Shown in pieces: positions 31,181-48,058 of a DNA stretch of 64,000 bases. The DNA lies in the NCBI RefSeq assembly GCF_009914755.1, contig NC_060938.1; one strand, given 5' to 3'. The translations under genes were made by a program, and so were the position numbers. How positions within the stretch are numbered: the stretch's first letter is position 1; each line of letters begins with the position of its first letter. The notes under the pieces were generated by a model. It ran no database searches, was not told the DNA's origin, and saw only the letters and a program-made list of their open reading frames with translations. Origin of the DNA: the human T2T-CHM13v2.0 reference genome, Homo sapiens.

Positions 31181-33344
31181 CCCAGAAGATTAGTTCTGCC
31201 AGGTAAGAACTCGACTGTACACTCATGAAATTTGAGGCAAGTCTTATTCTTTCATGAGATGAAAACTGAGCAAGAGCAGAGAAATCCTTTTATGTCTTTC
31301 TCCTCACTTTGTTCAACGTGGGGAACAAGATATGTAGGACTATAGGATGTTTCCTGTAGACAACCTGAGCATTACTGAGGGAGAGAGGGAGTGTGTGAAT
31401 CTTGTGCCCTGGCCTGACCACACGGCTGCCTATTTCACCATGTCAGGGGGCTGCCAGCCTCTGAGGCATTGTCCCTTTTGACATCTTCAGAAGCCACCCA
31501 TCATGAAGACTAAATTCTACATCTGTCTTCTCTAGAAAACAGAGTAAAAAATCAACATATATTAGGCACTTATTGCATACCTATTATGACATAGACAATC
31601 TCATTTAATTCTCACAATAATCTCCTAAATTAGTTGCTACCATTATCTCAACCTCACAGAGGAGGAGACTGAAGAACAAAGCAGTCAAGTACACTGCCCA
31701 GGGTGTACTGGTTAGAAGTGGTAGAGGCAGAATTCGCATCCACCCCTGGCCCTGCTGCCTCCTCTGCTCATGATATCTGTGCCCCAGGGTTCCAGATGGG
31801 ACCATGCATCCACGACACCCACAAGGCTGTCCATTCCTACATGGTGCTCTTCTGTTCTGACCTCCTAGTGAATGGTGATAAAGGTTAATGACTATTTGGA
31901 CTTTAATGTGTGTGCCTATTGTTTCAAAGGGAGAATCATGATTTAAAAGAGGCTTAGGAAGGCTTCATGAATTTAGTTGTCAGAAATATGACTCTCCCAA
32001 GGCTTGGGGTGAGTTGAAAGAGACCTCAACACAAGCCCATTAGCTTGATGCAATGTCCTGCTTAGGGCTTGCAAGAGTCCAGTGTAAAGGCAAATGAAAG
32101 ACCCAGGTGCAAAAATGGGTGGGCATGTGTTTCCTTTCTTCCATCAGATGGGGCGTCCTTACTCCCAGTCTTTCCAGATGTTCTTCCCACTCCTCAACTG
32201 CTCCTGGCTCAGAAACCCTGCACACCTGGAAGAAAGTGAGAACCAGTTTTTCAACAAACACATTGCACAGACTTATTGTGAACCCCGGGTGGAATCAAGC
32301 ATCGGAGGAAGAGAACGTGGTAAGTTTTATCACTCTACAGAGCACTTGAACTCTGCCTTCTTAGAAGAAATACCAGTGTTCTGGGGTATCTCTTGTGCCC
32401 AGGAAGCTCATGGGAGCATTCATTGCCTCAGTTAGGGGAAATCTCCAGAGAATATTTCTCTCATTTGAAGTAGAGATTCTAACTCATGCTTAGAGGATCA
32501 TTTATACAAGATTCTTTTGGGAGCCTGGTTGTTTAACATCTGCTTTAGGGCAGGAGTATTTTTCTAAAAAAATACTTTATTTCTTTCTTATTAACAGTTG
32601 TCTACCCTACAAAGTTCCCGTGTGCAAACAGGATGGGTCTTAATTAGGCTGCAGAAGTTGTTGTGGAAATCCATTTGGCCTCAGGCCTCTGTATATGGCA
32701 TGCTAAGACACAGAGAAGAATTACTCAGCCTGGGTGCCAGCTGAGATGCTCTACCCAGCTCTGCCCTGCCTTTTTGGAAGCTTTCTCTGTTTCCTTACTT
32801 TTGACATGTGGGGTTGTGAATTTGAGAGCTTCCTGAGATGTCAGCCATGAGAAGCCAGATCTGTGTAATGCTACCTATGTAGTCTTCCAGACTTGAAAAT
32901 AATCAGACGTATAAGTATTTGAAAGGCCAAACAAGGAAAACTATGAGCCAAAGAAAGACTGAAACAAGATGTGACAAGTCTCATGTAAATTGTTCATAAT
33001 TCTGTTCTGATTCATAGTGGAGTTAAAATAACCTGTAAGCCCAACACTGCAGCTGGTTAACAGAGCACTGGTGTGTTTGTTTCCTCCAGTGAGGGCAGGC
33101 CAAGTGGAGGCCTGTGGGTGGGAGATCCCTGCAGATAAAAATGACTCTTCAAGGCCAAGTGGCCTGTTGGCTGAGGGTCTCAAAGATTTGGTAATCAGAG
33201 TTGGAGTATAACCAAAGAAGAGGCTGAGGAAAATCTGGATAGACCTTTCTGGGGGTGGTGGCCCCTTCTTTGCCTTTGCCCCACCCATTGCAGATTGTCT
33301 CTGGGAAAGCAAGTTCCCACAGCCCCGTTTTTTCTTCAGAGTAG

Positions 33345-33507
33345 GATTGACAAACTATCTACTTTAAGATTACCTAGACCACTTATTAAAATGCACACTT
33401 CAGGCCCTATTCCACGAAATCAGGAACTTTGTCCGTGCAGCTGAGAAATCTACTCTTCTAGAAAATACCCCAGATGACTCTCGGTATTAAAAGCTTGAAA
33501 ACCACTG
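33345..33507. mobile_element. MER5-type hAT MITE
   Basis: 'gattacctaga...ttaaaatgcacact...ccccagatgactct...aagcttgaaaaccactg'. Confidence 0.6.
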
Positions 33508-36500
33508 CCAAAGCCTAATAGGCAAATACTTTCTTGGACTCCAGCATAATCTAAGTTTTTCTTTAATTCAGGGAGAGAAGGATCTGTTATGATCCAGATG
33601 GGACATAAATGGGCAAGAATTTGATGCATCCCAGCACAGTTACTCAGTGTTTCAAAAAACGAATTAGCAAGTGTTTAAGCACTTTTATCATAGGAGAGGA
33701 GCTCAATAATGTTTGTTTTGCTTGTTAATTTGTTATAATGTCACCAGGGAGAGACACTCAGGCCATGTGGCAGGTTCTTGCCCTCAAAGAACTTCCGCTC
33801 TGTAAAATCCTGTGAAGTAACATATAATTAAGTACTAAATTACCTGGTAGGAAAGTTAAATGTTAGGTAAAAACCAAAGCCTGGCATAATCAGGAGAAGC
33901 TTCATGGAGGAGATGGGACGTAAGCTGAATTGTGAAGAATTGTTAGTTGTGGGGACCTTGAGAAAGAGGAGAGGAAGTTGCCGGCAAGAGGAAAATGATG
34001 TCCAGAGGCCTCAGGTGGGAGTGGGCTTGGGAGCTGGTGCTGCACCGGGAAGAGCAAGGTAGCTAGTGTAGAGGGATGATGGGAACTGGGAAAGGTAGGC
34101 TAGATTGCGCAGGACCTTAGAAACCAGGCAGAGAAATTCAGGCAAGAAAAGGGAGCTCCTGAAGCTATTGAAAGCCATGGGGTAGCAAGGATCCCACTGT
34201 TCCACAGTCAGTCCCCTCAGGGCCAGAGGAGTGCCCAATGCTGAGTGCCACTCGCTGCTAGTAGGGAAAGTGCTGAGACATCAGACACATCTGGGGAGAT
34301 TCAGTGTTGGAGATGGGTGGCCAGGGGCAGATGGGGCAACAGAGGGCAGGCAATTCTGGGGCTGCTGGGCCCTGGCTGGCAGGAGAAAGGGGCAGCAAGT
34401 CAGCCCGGGGTGGCTGGAGTCAGATACAGAGTTGAGTCAAGGTCATGGGCTGTGGAATCTACAGTGGAGAGGGCCAGAGCTTCATAAGCAGGGCAGGAGG
34501 CCAAAGCAGACACTGAAGCTAGCAAGTAAGGAAAGACTTGGCACTGTGGAGTCTGAGGAATTAGTCTGATTATCTGTGGTGAAACGAGGCTCATGGGATA
34601 TGCTCTTTGGAAATTCCAATAAAAAATCTGTGCTGGGCATTAAAGGACCATCTCCCATTGCATGGACAAGGAGCTGTGGGTTATACTCAGGATTGGTTTC
34701 CCCACATGGCAGGCTAGCCTGGCCATTCTACAGTCTGCCCAGAGCTGCAGCGTAAAGAGGCATTAGACGGTACATATTGTTGATTTCCAGGAAGTTACAC
34801 TGCCCTACTTTAAGGTGATGCTCATTAGTCTGCAAACCTGGATGCTGAAGAAATCCATGTCATAGAAGGACAGAAGTCTTGTATCCTGTGCCAACTCTCA
34901 TTGTTTGGTGGTGATTGCCTGGAGTGCTGGGGCTAGTCTGGGTTCTGCAGGAAAAAAGGTACTGATTGGTTAATGATATGTGCCATGGATGTGTGTGTGC
35001 GTGGAGTGGGAGGAGGTAAGTGAATGAGTGAATGATGGCACCAGTACCACCTATTTACTATGTCTGATTTGATCCCAACCTCCTGATCTCACAGGTGAAG
35101 AAATGGAAGCCCATAGATATTAAAAGTGTTATAGTGGTCACAGGACTCAGGGGTAGATCTGGGAGAGAGGCTGAGACTCCTGGTCTAGTGTTTTTTTTTC
35201 CTTTGGATCACAAAGCCTTCCAACCCTTCCACTCACCATGGGGCTGTCACACTGACTTCATTTTCCCAGTCCCACCCTTGGCTTCTGCTAGACTTTGCAT
35301 TAGGAACTTGGCCACAGAACTAATTTGCACAATGGCCAAACTTGTTTCACATGTGATCAGGACTCTTGGGGGGAAGGATTCTAGGAAAAGAAATTGCAGA
35401 TTGATTCAGAATTCCTGAGAGCTGGAAAATGCCATTAGGTAAGGGGATGGCAAGAGTTGACTGAGAGAGAGAGAGGGAGGAAGATTACTGTGGAAAGGTA
35501 TCATGAGGGAAGCAGCAGTAGATTGTCACTACTTTTACAGAATTGAAGATGCACAAATTGAAGTTGGAGATTGTGGCTGCCCAAAGTGCAGAGTGGGCAC
35601 ATTGTGGGGAGGAGACAGCCTGATGTTTATTGAACAGTGTTGGGAGAGGTAACATGCGGTTTTGGAAGGCATGTGGACAGTGGGGTCACCCAAAGCCCAG
35701 CTCTGCTGAAACAAAGTAGGCCCACAATAAATGTTAGCCAAAAAAGCCAGCTGTGCTTTCAGCATTTCATCCTCCCAACTCCACCTTGAGAGTGGATATG
35801 ATTAGCCCAATCTATACCAAAATAGAAAGTGGCTGGGGTCTCAGAATGGCTAATGAACTCATCCAGGTATGCAAGTGGCTGATCATGTTACAGATTCCAA
35901 ATCCCATTCTCTTTTCCCTGGTAGTGAGAATGTCTCCTGAGCATACCTGCTATTTAAGAGAATGAAAAGAGTTTTCTCTTTCTGCTTATTACCTTGCTCT
36001 TGGATGGAAAACAACCAGCTTCTAGTCTATGGGACAGGAATCTAACTTTATTCCAAATTCCTAGAGTAGAAATTAGCTCTGTGTGTTGTTCTTGAGTTGT
36101 ATGCATGTTTTATTGAGGAATTAACGTCATAACAAAAGAGTATGATTGGAACTTTTATAATTGCACCTGTTACTTCTATTATTGAACTTCTCTCCCTCCC
36201 CTGTTTTATTGCTAAAAGAATCAGTGATAAATTATTTGTTTGGAGAAATGTGCAGCCTGCTGAGTCCAGACTGCCCTCATATGCTTTTGGTATCTAGACA
36301 CATAAACTGTTGTTATTTGAATCTGTTTAAAGGAACTTCCAGCACATGCCCAGGCAGGGCCTCAGGGTGGGCGGAGCTCAGGTGGACTGCTGTCTCCATC
36401 AGGCTAATCACAGGGCAACGTGGCTCCCATCTTACTGCTAGCTTCAGAAATTAAACCTACACTTCCGGGGCCTGGTTGAAAACCACTGACTCTTCTGCCA

Positions 36501-37410
36501 AGCAGGAGCTGTGCCCTCAGGGACCATCTGCAGAGGTAGTGTGGCCAATTATGGGCATTCAAAGCAAGCCAACTGGTTTAAGCCATCTTTCGCTGCCAGT
36601 GTTGGCTGCTGGCAACAAAGCCAGAATCTGGAGGATGCTGGAGGAAGAGTCATCCCTGAGGTCTCTCTTCAGTCTCACAACTGCACTGTCTCTAATTTAA
36701 TGTAGTCTGAGAGTCTCACAACCACACTGTGAGCCATGGAGCATCCGTTGATCTCATTGAATACATGAGGAAACCAGGACCCAGACCTATTATGTGACCT
36801 GTCCAAGGTCTCCTTGATCCTTAACAATGAAATGGAAACCCAGCTTTTACATTTCTTTAGAAATACTTATTTAAATGAAAAATATTACATTATTTTAATT
36901 ATGCTGCTTCTTTCCGAAGAGAGATCATTATAACACAAGTGAAAAAAAAAAAAGAAATTTTTAATACTTCTCTGCTTCCTTTTTTGGAGGGGAAGACAGC
37001 AAAATTATGACAACCAAAAAAACTTAACTACATGACGTTTCAACAGTTCCTACTGTCTTGCTTAAAAGACTTTGCAAGTGTTACATATTTTTGCTTTTAA
37101 AACACTGAATCTAAAAGTCTTTGCTATTATGATTTTTAAAATTTTTATGTACATATTTATTGGGAAGTAAGCTCATAGTAAAGAGCTTAGAAACTGCTAT
37201 AAAAGTAGAAAACAAATGCCCTCCTAAAGTAAAAATTCAGAAATAACTATTTACTTTCCTATACTTCTTCAGGTTTTTCTTTTCTATGCCTACATATGTT
37301 TCTTAAACAAAATTAAGATTTTGCTGCATACAGTTTGGAGTCCTAATTTTTTTTTCCACTGGAGATTATATCATCCTATTTTTGTAATATTAAGATTCAA
37401 ATGTATTATT

Positions 37411-37620
37411 AATTTTTTAAATTGCAAACAAAAATTATATATATATAGTATATAACATGATGTTTAGATAGATATATATTATGGAATAATTAAATCAAAT
37501 TAGCATATCTATCACCTCACATACTTATTATTTTTGTGTGGTGAAAACACTTGAAATGTACTCTCTTAGCAACTTTCAGTTATATAATGCATTATTATTA
37601 ATTATAGTCACTATGTTGTA
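37411..37620 (-). mobile_element. Short L1MA 3' fragment with a TSD
   Basis: 'atctatcacctcacatactta...actctcttagcaactttcag...attattattaattatagtcac'; flanked by tcaaat(gt/ac)attatt at 37397 and 37621. Confidence 0.8.
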
Positions 37621-37659
37621 TCAAATACATTATTTTTAATGGCTGTGTAATATTTTCCC

Positions 37660-39312
37660 ATTCCCTTCTTGAAACATTTTCTTCTTGGCTGCTGGAACAT
37701 TTCTTTCTTGGTTCTCCTCCTTAGAATCTTCTAAGTCTCTTTTGTAGAACCTCTTCATCTCTTCTCAGTCTCTAATAGCAGGAGGTGCCCCAGAACTCAG
37801 TCCTGAGGCCTCAGACCTCTCCTAGTCCTTCTCCATCTGCGTTCACTTGCCAGGAGTGCCCATCAAGCACCATGGCTTCAAATACTGTCCACCCATCCCC
37901 AAGAACTCCCAGATTCTATCTCCAGCCTCAACTTTCCCCGGAATACTGCCTATTTGACATCTCCACTGAGATGATTAATGACATACTAAACTTACTGTGT
38001 CTTAAGCTAAACTTCTAATGAACCTGCACTCCACGTTCCCCTTCTCAGCAAATGGCAACTTCATCCTTGACCTCAAACCTCCAGGCCTCAAACCTCATCT
38101 GAGGTCTTCTCTGACTCTTTTCTCTTACATCACACATCCAGTCCTTCACAAAACCTGCTAGTCTCACCTTTTGAGTAGTTCCAGAATCAGATACCATTCC
38201 CATCTCACCTCACCTTCCCTGCAGCCGCACTGGCCCAAGCCATCTTCATCTCTCGGTTGGATGATTTCAGGAGCCCCCTGAGGGGTCTTTGCCTGGATTC
38301 CATCCTGGTCCCATGACAGTTTATACTCAACAAAGTAACCAGATAATGTTATGGATCTGCTCAAACCCTCAAAGGCATTGCAATGTCACTGCCAGTAAGT
38401 GTCTCTATCTCCCACTGCTGCCTCTATCCCACACCCCTCTGGCCCTTATCCACTCTGCTCCGGCCACACAGGTGTCCAGCTTCCTCTCCCTTTGGAACTT
38501 TGCTTTGCTGTGTCCTGACCTGATAGGTTCTGTCCCCAGATGCCTGCCTATCTTGTTCCCTCCTTGCTTAAGGTTCCTGTTCAAATACCATCTTACCTGT
38601 GAAACTCTCTACATAGTCTTTATAAAGAGCAGTCTCTCTACCCAATACTCCTTTCCCTGCAATCTTACCTATTTTAATTTTTCTGCATCTTGCTTTTTCT
38701 GTGTGGCATGTATATTCATTTCCTAGGGCTGCCATAACCAAGTACCACAAACTGGGTGGCCTCAAACAACAGAAATTTATTCTCACCTTGTTCTGGAGGT
38801 CAGAAGTCCGGAATCAAAATGTCGGCAGTGTTGGTTCCTTCTGAGGGTTCAGAGGGAGAATGTGTTCCACGCCTGTCTCCTAGCTTCTTATAAATGGCTG
38901 GCAAACCTTGGCATTCCATAGCTTGTGGATGTATCACTCCAGTCTCTGCCTCCATCTTCACATGGCCATCTTCCCCCTGTGTCTCTCTCTTCTTATAAGA
39001 ACACCAGCCATATTGAAGTAAAAGCCTATTCTACTCTATTATGACCAATTTAATGTAACTATTTACATCTGCAATGATCTTATTTCCAAATAAGTTTACA
39101 TTCTGAGATCCTGGGGGTTGGACTTTAACACATCATTTTTGGAGGACCCATTCAACCCGTAACAGCATACAAAGTACTTACTAGTTGATTTCTTTAGTAC
39201 CTGTCTTTACCCACAAAAACATAAGCTATTTCTGTTCACTGATGTATCCTCCATGACTAAAATACTTGGTACAGAGTAAGCATTCAGTAAATACTTTTTA
39301 AATGAATGAATA
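37660..39312 (+). mobile_element. L2a 3' portion, interrupted by MLT1C
   Basis: 'actcccagattctatctccagcc', 'tgcctatttgacatctccact', and the terminal 'gagtaagcattcagtaaatact...aatgaatgaat'. Confidence 0.85.
38711..39164 (-). mobile_element. MLT1C solo LTR
   Basis: 'tttcctagggctgccataaccaagtaccacaaactgggtggc...attcaacccgtaaca'; 5-bp TSD gcatg/gcata. Confidence 0.9.
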
Positions 39313-40312
39313 ACTATGGAAATCCCATTTTCTAATCTTTTCTAAACACCTTGCTAATGTAAATACTGGTATAGTGAAAGTTTTTATGCATAATTATTCA
39401 CCTACATCTTGGATTGTTTCTTTGGGATATGTTCCCAGAGATAGATTCAACTCAATCTACTACCCCTTATCCTAGTGCTGGCCTGTGCTGCATGAATAGG
39501 GAAATCCTATTCATTCAGATGTTGCTCAAATGGAATTTGTGGTGACTTGAAGGAAAGGGTGACCTGGTTCATCTTTGCTGTTTGTTAAGCAAATTAAGGG
39601 TGGAGTCAAAGTTTTAGTGGGCAGTAACTCAAATCCTAAAGATTATATGTGGTTATATAACCTTTTTTCCTATTTAAGAATTGGTTTGCCTTTTCCCCAA
39701 GTTTTTGCGTAACTTCATAGTTATATTTAATGGCCAGTATTAGAAAATCTTATTTCACAATCTGTTATTATTGGGCATTTAGTTTCTTTCTGATTTGGGG
39801 GTATTATAAATAATGTTGTAACGTCTATTTTCAAACATATATTTTTCCCCTCACATCAGTATTTTCTCTTTAGTGTAAATTCTTAAGAATCAAAGACTCT
39901 CAAAATGCCCAAGCGATTAAATATCTTTATGGTGTTTGATATATTTACTTCTTTCATTTGAATCACATGGGCCGAAGGGTATATCCGTACATTTTTTAAA
40001 ACACATTTTACTTACACATTCATCTTTTAAGAAAAATGGCCCAACTCTTTTTGCCAGTATTGTTATAATCATTAGTTGGTTCATGTTCATTCTTTCTTAG
40101 GGAGTGGAGCTTCCTGTTAAGTGGGTACCACCTGCAGGACCTGGGCCAGGCTCAAAGCTGAAAGCAACTCTGTGTGGACTGCCTATAAGGGAGCCAATCA
40201 CCCTTGGGAGGTTGGCAGAGACTGTGCCCATTAAATCCCTCCATACCATGCAGTGCTAAATGGCCCAATCAAATCCTCTATTTAGAAGAATATATATCAG
40301 ATGATTAAAGAG

Positions 40313-40449
40313 AAAGCTGATGACTCAGCTTTAGGCTGTTGTTTTTTCTGGAGCAATAGTGAGCAAATATCACTGGTTGTTTACGATACTGGCTGCACAT
40401 TTTAATGGGTAAACCAATGTCCCTGAATACCTACACCGCTAATCAATAA
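40313..40449. promoter_or_regulatory. Candidate enhancer motif cluster (AP-1/ARE, FOX, ONECUT)
   Basis: ATGACTCAGC 40320-40329, GCAAATAT 40363-40370, TGTTTAC 40378-40384 and AATCAATAA 40441-40449, all in non-repetitive DNA. Motif evidence only. Confidence 0.3.
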
Positions 40450-41108
40450 TGCCTCCTTTTGCTGGCCTTTCCCATGGTTCTTTGAAATAAACTTTTATGT
40501 TGGTTAACAATTTGTGCATATTACTTCCTTGTAACCCTGAAGGAATGGCTAGTAGAGCCAGTACAATAGTGCTTTACAGAAGGGAGTACCCCCTGATAAT
40601 CCTGCCAGTGGTAATGCCTATAAGCAGCTGGGTCCCAAATTCACCAATTCCGAGAGTTGTCACTAAAACCTTTTTTTTTGGGCAGGGGGATCAGGTTCAA
40701 CATGGTGTTGATTTTTTTTTTGGTTATTAGTTAGAAAAATTGAGTACTTAAATGGTCCTTACTTATTTTAAGCCAAGTTCACTAATAGAGAAACTGGCCT
40801 CTGGAAAATTGGCCTTTAGTGTTGACTGCTAAGTAATGTTCTTCATTTACTGGGGGAATTCATCTAATATTGACTTCAAATTATTCAACAATGAAATCAT
40901 AGATTTACTGTAGACACAATAGTCCTCAAGCTTACAGAATTTGGGAGCCCCTATTGTCTACTTGAAACTATCATTTTGTTTCTGTCATTCGCATATGTAC
41001 AAGTCATGGCTAACTTGATTGCTTTGGTGTTTTCCCAGGTAATATTGACTCCAATCCAGAAGACAGTCATCAGTTAAGTAAATAAAACAGGAACAGAACA
41101 TTGGTACT

Positions 41109-41652
41109 TACAGTAGGCATGATTTTAAGATAAACCCCAATGAGTCATATCCTTGTATAATCTCCTCCCCTTGAGTGTTGTTGGAGCTAATGAGTTGCAT
41201 TTAGTGAACAGAATATGGCAAAGATGGTGGGATCGTCACTTCCGTGGTTATGTTATTGCTATGTAAACTGCCATTATAGCAGACTGGAAGGATTGATTCT
41301 CCTTTTGGCCATGACGTAGTGAGGTACCATGTGACAAGAAACTGCAGGCAGCCTCCTGAGTCTGAGAGTGGCCCCTGGCTGACAGCTAGCAAGAAAACAG
41401 GGACCTCAGTCCTCCAGCTTCAAGGAAGTGAACTCTCTGAAATCACATACACATGGAAGAGGACCCCAAACTCCAGACTCCAGAAAAGAATGTAGCTGTG
41501 TCGACACCTAGATCACAGCCTTGTGAGACCCTGAGCAGGGGACCCAGTTAGGCTGTGCCTCAACTCCTGACCTATAGAAACTGAGATGATAAATGGGTGT
41601 TGTTTTAAGCCACTAAACTGGGATGTGTTATGAAATGACAGAAATTTAATAC
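41109..41652 (+). mobile_element. MLT1E-like solo LTR
   Basis: 'acagaatatggcaaagatggtgggat', 'gctgacagctagcaagaaaacagggacctcagtcct', 'aaatgggtgttgttttaagccactaa...taataca'. Confidence 0.85.
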
Positions 41653-41684
41653 AGTCTCCGTATTCAGGGTGGAGTGTAAGGGAG

Positions 41685-41880
41685 TGTGTTTAAATCTCAG
41701 CTTTGCTACTTATTAGATGTACAACCATGGCAAATTACTTAACCCCTCTGAATCTGTTACCTTTATGGTAAAATAGGAACAAAAATTATACCTATTTCAG
41801 GATGATGAAGAGGGAATGAAATGGTACACGCTGAGTCACTTAACGTGGTACCTGACACATAGTAACTTCTCAATGCATGT
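41685..41880 (+). mobile_element. MIR
   Basis: 'aatctcagctttgctacttatt...ggcaaattacttaacccctctg...cctgacacatagtaac'. Confidence 0.8.
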
Positions 41881-42037
41881 TTTTCATTGTCATCAGAGGT
41901 TGGACATTTTAAATTCCATAATCCTAAATGTTTTTTTCATTATTTTTTTCCATGTTGCTCATGTTTTGAAGATTTTCATTTATCATATTACCTGATTTTA
42001 TTTATTAAGTAATCATTCATTTTCATTTCCTCATCTA

Positions 42038-42317
<280 letters not shown>

Positions 42318-44169
42318 TGACCTACATACAGCTTCTGATTAGCTTGGGGTATTCTTAATAGATTAATTATAATTAATGTAGTTTGGCTAAAAGCAGACAT
42401 TTAGTGTTATAGTTAGTAGAATTTCCCTTAACTTTTGAAATATAAGAAATGAATTGTTGAACTTTGCCAGATTAACATTTGGAACCACAGTATTAGCTGA
42501 TTGATGGCAAATAGGCATTGGGTGACTTTCTGCAGCTAAGCAAGGCAATCATGATTTGCCTTTATATGCCAGCATATTTGCTCAGGTATTGCTGGATGGG
42601 TGAGAATGGCTGAAAAGAAAATTGTTAGTTCAAGTGAAGGAAGGAAGTGCCCAGAAAGAAAAAGAAGATAAAATATTAACATTATTTAGGTACTTAATGG
42701 CTGGGAATTAACTTATGAATCACAAAAGTTTTAGGAATTGTTGTGCAATGTCAGTATTTAAATTATGGTAAAATGAATAAGTATGCTTCATTTATGTTGT
42801 GTTTATAGTAAAATGCTCTTATTTTGTAATTTATTTTGTGTATAATAAAATAAGAGCATTTTAATCTATAATTATAATATTTGAAGTATGATTGCTACTC
42901 TTTCTTTAGTGCTTTATTTCCTCTTTGAATATTATCTAAAATACTGCATTATATTATGTTATTAATATCAAGGCCTAATGTATTCAGTTTCTAGATGAAC
43001 GATTTTCAAGTTGATTACAGACTTGATAGGGAATTATATTTATTTAATAGAAGTCTCTTTTGTACAATCTTAGCTAAAATTCTGAGAAACAAGAAAAAGC
43101 TATGTTATAAGGAACTAGTTCATCTGCTGTAAAAGTACACTGACATTTTAAAGTGCAAAAAACCAAAATACAGCTTAAGAAGTATGTCTGAAAAGTTAAT
43201 GTTAAATAAATTAGATTTTCCAGGTTATACTCTGTATACGCCCTGAAAAAGTTCTGCAATACAACGCATAGAAAACATACACATACTCACACAACAGACA
43301 CATAATACATAAAACACCCACAGTGCACACACGCAAAACACACAAATGGCAACCCCTATAAGCATACTAAGGTCTCTGAGAAGTCCTACAATAGAGACCT
43401 ACTAAGTTTTGTTTAATCATGTGCTTCTCCAGTTGATCTCAGAATCCTTCCCCCACCATCACAGGTAACCCTGATTCCTGATGACTTTGTGTTCCTTGGA
43501 ACACACTTTATGAATGACGGCTCTATGAGATTTTTCCCAAGGAAAACTATTACATAGGAGAAGTGTAAGATGCCCTCAACATTTATGGGTAAAAAACAGA
43601 TACCACCATTAAAATAACCCATATATCAGAAACAATACCTCCAAATTATGTGAAGAACATTGAGAATTCTTGCAGGGACTGAAAATCTTTATTTCCTTCT
43701 GGAATCCAGGTTTTTTCTTTTGGTGTTATGTACAGATAAAGCCAGGTCTATCTGCAGGTGATCACTGTGCTGCTAGTCTCTGTTCACATTGGTAGAAAGA
43801 TGTTGTTGGGCAGTAAAAGATGGTCATCTTCCTGCAAAATGAGTCAGTAACCCAAGGGTGAAAGCTGTGTCTCCCCCACAAGTTCTATCAGCATCTTTTG
43901 ACTTGACAGCACAATTGGGAGCCTTATCCTTTCTGCATTCCTGACACAGAGGACCAAAGGCCACTCCTCAACAACTTGTACCGCTCTCTCTGTTTATTCC
44001 ATAAAGAATGAAAAAGGAATATATTTCCACACTTTAAGACTATATGGTGGGGCATTTGGAGGGTGCTTACTCTGATAATTAAAAGGATTTTATCTTCATA
44101 AGGAAATCGACATTTGCTGTCAGGATGCCAGACCACAATTCTATAGAAGCTTTTCTCTTTTTTTTTGAT

Positions 44170-46790
<2,621 letters not shown>

Positions 46791-47238
46791 ATGATTATCT
46801 GTTTATTATCTAAAAGATGCAGTCCTAATTAAACTTTCTGTTTATATTAACCCTAATATTTTGATCTTCATTTTTTTAACTTTGTGAACAGTAGAGTTTT
46901 ATCCAAATGTGAAGTTTTATACCTTCACAGCTATCACTCCAATAAAGATATTTATTCTATTAAACAAAACATTTTAAAATGTTTTAACATATACAAATAT
47001 ATTTACAACATAATCTGCCAACTAAAGACTCCAACAAAGTTTACAGTACCTAAAACAGAATACAGATGCCTACAATAGTTTGCAGACTGATTTAGTTCAC
47101 AGTTACATCTATTGCTTTAAGAAATACCATTAATACAAATGCATGATTTACAGTATTCCCATTACAGCAAGAAAAAATAGATTTATAAAGTAAGGTGTCC
47201 TTTAGGTATTTATTATGCCAAGTATATCAAGTATTTAC

Positions 47239-47307
47239 TTTTTTTTCCTTTTTTTTGAGACAGGGTCTTGCTGTGTCCCTAGGCTGGAGTGCAGTGGTGC
47301 AGTCTCA
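47239..47307 (-). mobile_element. Severely 5'-truncated Alu (3' end only)
   Basis: Poly-T + gagacagggtcttgct...gcagtggtgcagtctc; flanked by attatgcca(a/g)gta at 47212 and 47308. Confidence 0.85.
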
Positions 47308-47579
47308 ATTATGCCAGGTACTTAAATGATTATTCTCATTATGACATAAGAATAATGGTCTTTTAGTGATGAAAGATAAATTGTATTGGCTCAAAGACCA
47401 CTGAAGAGCTTCCAGGAGGTTCCAAAGTAAAATCTGGCTATTCTTTATGTGAAATAAATAGAATAGCAGCAATCTCAGTGTATTCCTTAAACATAAACCA
47501 ATGTGATTCCATTTATGTTCATTGGGCCTTAAGTAAATGACTTGTTACAAATAAAAATCGAATTTTAGAAACTAGTTAA

Positions 47580-47947
<368 letters not shown>

Positions 47948-48058
47948 GTAAGTTTGGTATTTAATTGCTTGCATATGTCTGAGACATTTTACCATGAAGT
48001 ACATATTAAAAATTAACAATTATTTCTAACTTATACATAAGCCAAAATGCTCACTCTT

